From Ginkgo biloba (lineage: Eukaryota; Plantae; Ginkgophyta): a stretch of 25,206 nucleotides of DNA. The translations under genes were made by a program, and so were the position numbers. Under the pieces are notes generated by a model. That model was given only the letters and a program-made list of their open reading frames with translations. It was not told where the DNA came from and ran no database searches. The stretch spans positions 143,639,803-143,665,008 of the forward strand of contig JANKJI020000004.1 in NCBI GenBank assembly GCA_024626585.2, given 5' to 3'. Position 1 is the first letter of the stretch. Every line of letters starts with the position of its first letter. Below are positions 10,050 to 20,335 of this stretch, in pieces.

Positions 10050-12107
10050 NNNNNNNNNNNNNNNNNNNNNNNNNNNNNNNNNNNNNNNNNNNNNNNNNNN
10101 NNNNNNNNNNNNNNNNNNNNNNNNNNNNNNNNNNNNNNNNNNNNNNNNNNNNNNNNNNNNNNNNNNNNNNNNNNNNNNNNNNNNNNNNNNNNNNNNNNNN
10201 NNNNNNNNNNNNNNNNNNNNNNNNNNNNNNNNNNNNNNNNNNNNNNNNNNNNNNNNNNNNNNNNAAAAAATTGTATGGAGCGATGGAAATAAAAATATGT
10301 GAAGATTGATTTCTAGTAAGAGGATAGAAAATAATGTTTGAAAAATGATAATAAAATATGAAGAAGGGAAATTAAAAATAATGATAGAAGGCATAAATAA
10401 CATGGAGACAAACAAGGATAATGGTCAAGAACATATAGAAATGTGGAGTAGCCAAGAATGAAAACATATGGATATAGATGATGGGGAATGATGATACAAC
10501 ACATGACATTGGTTGGTTGAATGTTAGTGATGAATGGATGATATGTTGAATGGGATGGAGAGGAAATATATGAGATGAAGGATGGATAGATGATAAAGAA
10601 TTCTAGAGTAGAGTGAAGAGGCAAGTACTAAGTTTGGTCTGATATCACTTAAGATTGACCTTCTAAGTATATCCACTTTTAGAAGTATACTCTCCTAATA
10701 ATTAATAGAAGTTCACAATGAAATATAAGAAAATAATGATTCCATGTTGTTACATACATGTTATATAAAAATATTTATAGGTCGTTTGATGACCCTTCCC
10801 TAAAATTATGCTTATTAATTATTAATATTTTAATATATAATTAGGTATATAATTAAGTACATCAATATTCTCTCCTTTCCTTTCTCATCCCTTTATCTAG
10901 GCCTTATCCTTGCTAATAGGTCTAGCCCCTTGGTTTGTTACTTTTCACTAGGATTGGTATATGCTTAAGGTGGAGGTATTATTTTATACCTAAAAATTTA
11001 AATGTAATTAATTCCATCACGCCACTCTAATTATTTCTATTCATATTATTGTAAATATCCTTGCTAACTTTCCATTTAATATCAAATTCCAAAAAAATAA
11101 ATTCAAGTGGAGTAGAGCTACTTAATAAAATTGATGAAATTCTAGGGGTGTTCCTTATACTCATAGTAGAGTGCCCTTAGATCATGAAGGGGAAGCTAGG
11201 ATAGGGACAAAAGCTATAACAAGGGATTGAAAGGAAGTAAAGGAATAAATGCTATATAATTTTCCCCTAGGCCCAAACCCCCTTAAGATNNNNNNNNNNN
11301 NNNNNNNNNNNNNNNNNNNNNNNNNNNNNNNNNNAAATAGGGGTATACAAGGATTATGGTGAGAGAGGATATAGCTAAGATAATTATTATGGAGACACTA
11401 ATGCAAGGAAAATCTCCCCTCTTTAATTATTCTTATATCTATATTTTTGTTATGGACATATAGATTAACACTAGTGGTAGTTTTGTAATGTTTTATATAG
11501 GGATGTGTATATGCCACCCCATTTTGTTTAATTGTTTGTAATTTTTCCTAATAATAGAATTGTAAGAAAAAATACTGGGGAGGGGGAAGATGAAGATGAT
11601 AACGCTGAAGAGGGCATTGTAAATAAAGAAAAGAAATAACTAGAAGGAGACTATAAATCTAAACCACTTCAAAAAAAAGTGAAAATGATGAAAAAGTGAG
11701 TTCATCGATACATAATTTGGAAGTGAGTGCACGATGGGATCGATTTATCTTTAAGTTACTTTACTAGTGAGGCCTTTATTAAATAAACTATAGACACATG
11801 TTACATCACATCAAAAGAAATTCAAAGGTGAAGACCATGATAAGATACTTAAAGTGAGCAATACAAATAAAGGATGAGAATGAATAAGATATTCATAACA
11901 GTATCACATTCATTATGAAATAAAAAGTAAGGTCTAAGAAACCAAAACCATATAGATATCCTTAATAAGCCAAATGGTAAAGCTATAAACATACAATATT
12001 AGAACAANNNNNNNNNNNNNNNNNNNNNNNNNNNNNNNNNNNNNNNNNNNNNNNNNNNNNNNNNNNNNNNNNNNNNNNNNNNNNNNNNNNNNNNNNNNNN
12101 NNNNNNN

Positions 12108-12324
12108 TGTCTATGTACATATATGTATATGCACATATAAGTATATGTATATATACATATATAATATGGATATCTATGTATATATACATGTACATATACA
12201 TACATATGTGTGTGTATATAAACATGTACATATATGTATATATATATATGTGTGTGTGTGTGTACACAAACACACATATATATGGATATATACACATATT
12301 TATATGTAAATATCTCTCTCTCTA

Positions 12325-12355
<31 letters not shown>

Positions 12356-12380
12356 GTGTGTGTGTGTGTGTATATATATA
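12108..12380. repeat. Compound microsatellite (TA)n/(TG)n/(CA)n/(CT)n/(TCTA)n
   Basis: Dinucleotide and TCTA runs are directly visible next to an assembly gap. Confidence 0.95.
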
Positions 12381-13312
12381 GTATGGAAGTTATTTATTTA
12401 TATTTATCAAAAAATAATATTATCATCTCATTTTCAATAGATAGCATGGGGATTTTTTAGGTCTACACTATCTTTTCGTAGGCCTTAATGTAGGAGTACC
12501 TATTTTTTCATTGGAGTTGCCTCTGCATAGTGCCTGCATTAGATTCTCGCCCTCTATTATTTTTCACTATAGTTTGGATTTAAATTTTTGTTAAGTATTA
12601 ACATTACTTCATCATTGGACCCACTAATTTCTTACACTCTATTATTACTGTTGGATGATACTTTTATACAATCTTGGAAATTTTTCTCTAATTTGAAATA
12701 ATAAAAAATCTATGAAGGGAAATTGAAATGATGTTTTTATTTTGTAGGTACCACGAGTTTCTCTTATCCAAAGGAGGCATACCAATTTGGTTATGTTAGT
12801 GTATACTTTCCAAAAGTAATTATAAGTGCATTAATTTATTTTTATATTTCTTGATTTATTATTTTTATATAAAGTCCTAATGATTTGGATATATTATAGA
12901 AAGTACAAGAGTTATTTGTACAATTAGTTAGAACTTAGGGGTATAGGTGTGTTGAATTTCTTTATTAGAGTTATAATATATAATGCACTCTACCCAATGT
13001 TATATGAGGGTGTGGCACTTATTATAATTTAATTAATGTTTAAGGCTATAATTCATTAAAGTTAATAAATTGTACAACATGTATGCCCAATATATATTAT
13101 GAATAAAATTTACTTTTATTTTGATTGGTAAAAAACCCTTGAATGAGTTTCTAAGGTTAGTTACGACTAGTATTTTATTGACCTTAGACTCTACTTCTCT
13201 TGAGTGTTATTATTGTGCATTTGGCATTAGCTTTGTTTGTTTTTATTTGCATGTATTTGCAATTCATTTATATAAAAATTGTATTGCAATCAAAGAATAC
13301 ATAAATCATTAG

Positions 13313-13340
13313 TAATAATAATAATAATAATAATAATAAT
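13313..13340. repeat. (TAA)n microsatellite
   Basis: About 9 perfect TAA units. Confidence 0.95.
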
Positions 13341-13952
13341 TAACATTAAAATAACATATAAGTCCATAATAATTTATTGTAAATAACCATATGATAAGTC
13401 CTCTCATTGCATTAAAGAATTGTAAGAAATAATAATAATAAATTTCAACGTTACAAAATTCAATTATGTATGTTTGGATGTTGATAATAATGATATTAAG
13501 TAATAGTAATTAAAGTTTATTAAAATAATAAATAAATAACAATTAAAGAATTTTAAATAACAACCACATTCATAGAAATAATGGAAATTCAATCAACACA
13601 TAAATAAACTTGAATAATCATAAGAAAAAAAAAATGATAATTTATCATTTAAATCACTAACATTAAAAATGTATCTAGCATGGATAGTATTGATTATTGT
13701 TTCGATAGATGAGGTGGGATATGTAAGATGATATGAAAGTAGAATAACATAGGATGGCTTATAGGGAGGATGCAGTAAGATGATATTCAGGGATACACAA
13801 ATTGATTCGTAGGGAGGGTGTTGTAGGGTGGTTGAGTTTGGGTTCCTTAGGGGTGTTTCCCCTAGTGGGCCATGTTACGATCTAAAACATAAGAGGGTGG
13901 GAGGGGGGGGGATTCCCAATAAGGTAGGTTTGGAAGGAAATAAAGCATCAAG

Positions 13953-14831
13953 ATGAGTAAAAACCCTAATAAGACTCAAAATTAAGAAGAATAAGAAGCA
14001 AAGGGATGGGTCTGGGGTGGAAAAACTCTCTCTCATAAGCTTAGAAGAAGGTTGGAGAATGAGGATTTATCTGACAATGAGAGAAGAAAACCTATCCATT
14101 CATTTAGAGAGTTATTTATGTTTTAAATAGATAAGGGAAGGAAATAAGAAGAGTAAATATATGCTGAGGAATCCCTTGCATCATCAGAAGAAGTCAGTTT
14201 TGATGATATTCTAACATAAATAGATAAAGAATATTCCACCGTTAAATTTAACTATGAAGATATTGAAGAGACATGCATTGATCTACAAACCAGAACCTTG
14301 ATTAGAAAATATAATGGGCTAATTATTAGTCCCTAGAAAATATAGGAATGGGCCAAGGAAACCTGGGGGAATCTTATCTAGGGAGCAATCCACTTTGAGT
14401 TAAAAGGTAAAGGTTTCTTTAATGTCTTTTTTCAATCACATGAAGATTTTAAAAAAAACCTATTTGGAGGGCCTTGGTTTTTTAGAAAATTAGGACTATA
14501 TTTGAGATGTTGGCCCCATTTTTTAATCCTAAAAACCCAGGTCCCCTTAAGATACCAATATGGGTAAAATTCCTGTGTCTTCTTGACAAATTTAGATATG
14601 AAGAAAAACTATAAAGAATTGGATCATTGGTGGTTAAGGTGATCCAATTTGATGAAGACACGTTAAACCATAACACCATAGGTATGGAAAAAATATGTAT
14701 ATAAGTCAATATGAACAAATATATGGAAGAGGTTATTAATATACAAGTGGAAAATAGGATTTCATAATTAAAGTAGCTTACAAAAGAATTATTTTTTGTT
14801 GTTTTTTATGCCACCAAGTAGGCCATATTAG
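13953..14831 (+). mobile_element. L1-clade LINE ORF1 pseudogene (DUF4283 / RRM-like domain plus zf-CCHC_4 zinc knuckle)
   Basis: Translation gives TLIRKYNG...EWAKETWG, KGKGFFNVFFQSHEDFKKNLFGGPWFF (GGPWFF at 14466-14483), LYLRCW..FNP, IPIWVKF, RIGSLV.KVI.FD, and AYKRIIFCCFLCHQVGHI (CX2CX4H from 14800). It has stops and frameshifts and runs into a gap. The start position is approximate. Confidence 0.9.
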
Positions 14832-15479
14832 NNNNNNNNNNNNNNNNNNNNNNNNNNNNNNNNNNNNNNNNNNNNNNNNNNNNNNNNNNNNNNNNNNNNN
14901 NNNNNNNNNNNNNNNNNNNNNNNNNNNNNNNTTGGTGACATGGGATGGCAATGCGCATGTCATCTAGGGTTTGTTAAGTGGTGCTAAAAAACCATTTTCT
15001 ACCCTTTAGGATGTCTATAGGGGTCCTTATTATTCTTAGGGGCACTAAGGTCTTGATTTGATTTTGTCTCAAAGGGTTTACCCTGAGTTACAACAGGGGT
15101 TTATGATTGGGATATAGCATATTCTAAGGGATACCACCTCAATAGTGTAATAATTTATTTATAATTTAGGTATCTTATATACTTAGGATCTNNNNNNNNN
15201 NNNNCACATCCTAAGAGGAATAAGTAAGTGGTGATTATCATTATCACTTATCTAGATATCTTGGGAGCCTCGAGTCAAACCACTTCCTTCACATTTTATC
15301 ATTCATTAGTTTTATTCACCACAAGTTAAAATTGGGGTCTTGAAACCCCCTTTTCTACTCAAGGTCTTACAATCCCTTATTTTGGGGTCTCAAAACCCCA
15401 CTTTTTGCATCAAAGAAAAATATTTCTTTTATTGAAAATATCTCGAGGGATTTGAATTCCCTGAATTCTTTTTTTTATT

Positions 15480-16513
15480 CATAGAGGCTCATTCAAAAGG
15501 AGTTTTCTAGTCTATGAGGTAGCAAGAAATCCTCCCTAAGCATAATCCTTTGATTAGACATCAAAGACCTTTCTAAGAAGCAACTTCTGAGTCTCCTCAA
15601 AATGTCACATCAACACATCAATCACCTATTCATAAAATTCCTACTTCCTTTCATGGCTTTCTAAACCAGGAAGAAGCCCCTGTATCTTAAAATATTTACC
15701 AAATACATTAGGATGTCGATCCTAATGACCCAGTTGGAGATGATGTGTAATGTAATATTTATGGTACTCTAAGACCAATAGAATATTACATATTGTCTTC
15801 TAATCCTTTTGAAATTTTGGTTNNNNNNNNNNNNNNNNNNNNNNNNNNNNNTTTCTAAACAACAAAAATAGAGAACACATAACTTTTGATTCCCCCTCCC
15901 TCTATAGGGACATTGGGGAGTTTTGCTACTGGTGTTTTTCAAAATCCATTCATGGGCTATCAAAATGTGCCATTCTATCCATTGCATTATCCATAATTCT
16001 ATGGCCAAATTCCATTTCCATTTTCATACAGACCCCTTAACCCTAGTGGTCCTTCTAGGCCAACATCAAATCCTTATCAAGGAATGCCATTCGATAATAC
16101 TTTTATGTACCCCTAGAACCCTTATATCAATTTGATTCAAACTATATTTATAAATTCCAATCCAAGTTCCTCACCTATCATATCAACAATTGATACACAA
16201 CAAGAGTTTATCACATCTTCTTTAGCCCTAGGTCAGGGTGTGTCCTTCTAGTCGATAGTCTCCATATAAAAATCCTATTTAAATTATATGAAGAGACCCT
16301 AATTAATTCAGTCCAAATGGCTATCCTCCCTATTCCTCCTCTATATCTTCCTAAGTTTGATGGGGCACCAATAAATGACCCTATATCCCATATAGATGAT
16401 TATGTTATAAAATGCATCGACTATCTTCCTTATGATGATATCATGCTCAAAATATTTTTGAGGACTCCAACAAGAGAGTCTCTCAAGTGGTTCTATCGAT
16501 TACCTGGAGAATA
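15480..16513 (+). pseudogene. Tat/Ogre-like Ty3/gypsy gag fragment with Pro-rich N-terminal region
   Basis: ORF 16317+ gives LPKFDGAPINDPISHIDDYVIKC..LPYDDIMLKIFLRT.TRESLKWFYRLP, matching the PKFDG..DP..H...DD....F...L...A..WF..LP gag motif. A Pro-rich frame lies upstream (YGQIPFPFSYRPLNPSGPSRP). The 5' limit is uncertain. Confidence 0.8.
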
Positions 16514-18373
16514 TGTTATTCCCTTTATCACATATACCCATCCTAGGGGGACCCTCTTCTATGTGCCATAGTTTCTTGCATCTTCTAATGGTGCCCTTGT
16601 GCCTACTACTTCTATTATGAGAAAAAATACTCATCGTAGGCCTAGGCGTTTGTCCAAATCCTCCCCTTTGGGTTATCCTATACAGTACCATTTAAATATT
16701 CCCTTCTATGCACTTGCAACCTCAAAAAAAACTCTTCCTATAGAGGAAATGGTGCACTAGATCCTCCCATGTATGAACACTTAGAGTATCTAGAATATTT
16801 AAAATGATACTTGTTGGGGTGCCACAAGTCATTCTGTCGTCTTATTGCCTCCTTATTTATTTTGAGTAAAAAATATTTTAATAGGTTATGGTGGAATTGT
16901 GTGTGGGTGCTTGAGATGTAGGCACATGGTGGGATATCATTTCCCTATCCATTTTTATCAAAAGGGGGATAAAATCAATCCAAAATGGTGAAAGTGTGTT
17001 GAAGTGTTTTGAACCTCGAATTTAACATGATTGTGATACGTGGAAGAAGTTTGGGGATCCTCCCCTCATCATAATTTTCCCTCACCAAAGTAAATTAAAA
17101 ATGGTTTGCACACCTAAGAGTCATGATATCATGCCACATGGCATAATCTTGTGCCTCCCAAGCTCATAGCCATAGGGCACTCCAAGTTAATGCAAAGTGA
17201 AAAGGGACATGAGCCTGGGCTCCTAAATATGTAGCATATAGTGTCCCCTTTAGGATCCTCCCTGTGAGGCATTTTAAAATATTCAAAGGGTTCTCAAAGT
17301 GGAAAAGGGCCCAAGAGGATCAAGTCCTTGAGACCTTCTCAGGTGGTGATATCCCAAGGCCTCTCTCCTTGTAATGATAGAGGACCTCAATAGAAAGAAA
17401 TGGGGACACAGGGCCTCATCTTGTAGGATGACACCATGTGTCATCCTCGTGAGGCCCCATGTCCCTCGTGACTTAGGTGAAATGAAAAAGGGGGGCCTTA
17501 CCCCAACTCAAAGGGGATCGTAAGACCACACACGATGGTGCCAAATGTTAATATCCTGGAAGGATCCTTCCCCCAAGGTTCATTTTAAGCAGCATGAGAA
17601 GGTTGACGTCCCAAATCAAAAGAGAGAACCTAATCCCTCCCATAATGGAACCACCTGGTACCATATTAGGGGGGGGGATTCCTTGCACACCCAATTAAAA
17701 TAAGAAAAGGGGGTCATCTCCTTTCTATAACATAGAGCTCTAAGAATCCCATGATAGCACTAGGTGGTGCCATCTCAGGGCTCCTTCCCCCAAATCTAAT
17801 TCAAGCAGTTGACATTTTATAGGGACCCTGCGAGTGAGGGATTATAGGATAAATGATAGCTAGAAGGACATTGGGCCCTCTTGGTGACTAGATCTAAAGG
17901 CATATTTTTACACAATGAAAGGGGAAAATCAAACCCATCTTGGGAGGTGCAATAATTTTTATATAGGGAAGGAGTGAATGCTCCCCTTTTTACCACGATG
18001 ACTAGATATTTATCCATTAATGAAAAGTGGCCTAAGCTACCCCAAAAATAGAGAAGACAACTCCTACACCTTCCAGAAAGCATGGGAATACCACATCAAA
18101 TCTCATCAAGTTGACGTGGTGATTCTTTAAGCATGGCGCCCCCATCATTTTATACAATGACCTATTCATTATAGATGTTAGCCATAATGGCTGGGACCTA
18201 ACCTTTTATGATTTTATAAAGCACACGAATAAGTAAGTTTTATAAGGAGAAATATAATTTCTACCATAGGATGCTTAGAAGGATATAAATATTTAAATCT
18301 TTATAGTTCCATGGGTTCAACCCCATTTTGTAAATTATTGTAAATAGAATTTGCTTATGGTGAATTCAATTGT
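16514..18373. mobile_element. LTR-like non-coding repeat tract, probably a long LTR inserted into the gag above
   Basis: gag homology ends where TGTTATTCCC begins (16514). The tract has recurrent GGATCC(T)TCCC and GTGTCATC/GCCACATGGC motifs and a minus-strand TATA-like CCCTATATAAA at about 17958-17968. I could not identify the right terminus. Confidence 0.45.
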
Positions 18374-18473
18374 NNNNNNNNNNNNNNNNNNNNNNNNNNN
18401 NNNNNNNNNNNNNNNNNNNNNNNNNNNNNNNNNNNNNNNNNNNNNNNNNNNNNNNNNNNNNNNNNNNNNNNNN

Positions 18474-19020
18474 TAAATTACCTCTCTATGTTGCTCTAGT
18501 AATTTATTGTTGTTGTTTCTATGACCAAGCATCATACACATTCATGACCTCAAAATTAATTTTATCAAAATTTTCCTTTCATTTCCATTCGAACAAAAAT
18601 TTGTAGGAGTTCTAGAACTTAGGCATACTTTCCTATTTCCTTTTGTACATTTCATAGGGGATTGAATGTTTATATAATAACAAAGTCTATAAAATCTAGG
18701 CATACTTTAAATATTCACCATTTTTCTTTTCCTGTTGAATGTATTGCAATAGACTCTCTACAAATAACCTTGCAAAGTTGTATAACTTCTTATTGTTAAG
18801 AGAGTCATATAATATACAAACCAAATAGTTCAAAAGATCTATGGGAGACTCTAATTCAAGCATTGTGAGAAGGGCGTAGTCTCCTTCTTGAAATATACCT
18901 AATATAATTTTTCCTAACGATAAACTTTATCTATATTTTTCTTATGTTCATTCATTATCTCTAAAAGCACTTTATTTTCATCTCCCTTTATATGTGCATC
19001 ATACCATTTTTTCTCCAAAT
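18474..19020 (-). pseudogene. Decayed ORF resembling retrotransposon accessory (extra) ORFs of gymnosperm LTR elements
   Basis: The minus strand gives LLTMLELESPIDLLNYLVCILYDSLNNKKLYNFARLFVESLLQYIQQEKKNGEYLKYA*IL*TLLLY, which resembles from memory the F(N/D)(F/W)A.....L..Q.......F.Y.S.L..L.L pattern. Not verified by search. Confidence 0.35.
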
Positions 19021-19304
19021 CTAGATTTTGTTAGAATAAATTAATATTATAAAATGGGGATAGGAAGTTGAAAGGGAAGGGTCACTTGGATTTGGATGTA
19101 AAGAGTCACAAATGGATTTTATATTAAAGATTTAAAAATGAAGATGTAAAGAACTCCCATACTGAGCAAGTTTTAGGTACTAGTTTGTAAATGCAAGCTA
19201 GTACCTTAGTTGAATAAAGTAGTTTGATTTTTTGCTTATGTGACTCTGTTGTACAGATGAATCTGTGAGATTATTTTATTGCCTGTGAATTTATTAAGAT
19301 TATC

Positions 19305-20136
19305 AAATATAAATATGAATCCATTTTAGGCATTTTTTGGGCATAAACCACCAAGAATTAGTAATTTCCTTCTAGATAATCTAAAGGTATAAGAAGTGGA
19401 GATCATATCCAATAGGATTAGGAGGTGCTAATATTTCTCAAGGAAAAATTTCATACAAGATAGAATAGAATGAAGAAACAAGAAGACAGGAGGAGGAGTG
19501 AATGTTTATTTAAACCAAGTGATTGGGTGTATTTAAGGATGTATCCATAAAAACAAACAACCTTAAAAAGGGATGGAAAGAACATGATTGAACCAAGATT
19601 CTATAGACTGTACAAGTTATTGGAGGGTTAGAGAAATGAACTGCTCTTTGGATTTACTAACTACCTCCCAAATTCATAATGTATTCCATGTCTCTATCCT
19701 AAAAAAGGTAGTTGGAAAATAGGTCATCATTCAATTAGAGTTATATAGTTGGATGAAGAAGGAAAACTCCAATTAGAACTAGGGTCCATAATTGAAACTC
19801 ACACCAAGTATATTCACTCTATACACATTAGTGAGTACCTCATTAAGTGGAAGAAGTTTTCACATATAGATGCAACATGGGAAGATAGATAGTTTATATA
19901 ACAACATCTGGACTTGACAAACATTTAAGGGAAAATCTTTTGAAAGGGGGAGGCTTTTTACAAACCCCAAATTATCTTCTTCCTTATCCTTTCTCTTCTC
20001 ATTATTTTATCTCTTTTGAATATATTATTCCTTATGTATGATCCCACATGCATAAGTTAATATTATGTTGGAAATAATATCTCCCATATATAATCCATAT
20101 AATAACCTTTTCAAATCATTGAGAGTATTTTATTGA
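19305..20136 (+). mobile_element. Chromovirus (Ty3/gypsy) 3' fragment: integrase C-terminus, chromodomain, PPT and start of 3' LTR
   Basis: Translation gives MNPF*AFFGHKPP, NRMKKQEDRRRSE..FKPSDWVYLRM.P*KQ, EPRFY, IHNVFHVSILKKVVG, LDEEGKL.LE and the chromodomain EYLIKWKKFSHIDATWED (about 19833-19887). The PPT GAAAGGGGGAGG lies at 19942-19953. Confidence 0.92.
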
Positions 20137-20236
20137 NNNNNNNNNNNNNNNNNNNNNNNNNNNNNNNNNNNNNNNNNNNNNNNNNNNNNNNNNNNNNNNN
20201 NNNNNNNNNNNNNNNNNNNNNNNNNNNNNNNNNNNN

Positions 20237-20305
20237 TCTATCTATCTATCTATTTATCTATCTATCTATATGTATATATGTATAGATATATACATATATA
20301 TCTAT
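20237..20305. repeat. (TCTA)n/(TA)n microsatellite
   Basis: Directly visible after the gap. Confidence 0.9.
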
Positions 20306-20335
20306 GCCTTAGCTCTTCGTTCAGAGCTAAGGCAT
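20304..20335. other. Perfect 13-bp stem-loop
   Basis: ATGCCTTAGCTCT-tcgttc-AGAGCTAAGGCAT, with CTAG at 20339-20342. Confidence 0.9.

Noticed and set aside
10265-10624. 103-aa minus-strand ORF and GA-rich tract
   Set aside because: Low-complexity purine bias explains the open frame, and no domain is recognisable.
11983-12460. Tyr/Ile/Cys/Met-rich ORFs on both strands
   Set aside because: Translation artefacts of (TA)/(TG)/(TCTA) microsatellites.
12735-12796. Possible 42-nt micro-exon (TTTTATTTTGTAG|GTACCAC...AATTTG|GTTATG)
   Set aside because: The donor is weak, there are no partner exons and no recognisable peptide. It cannot be supported without RNA-seq.
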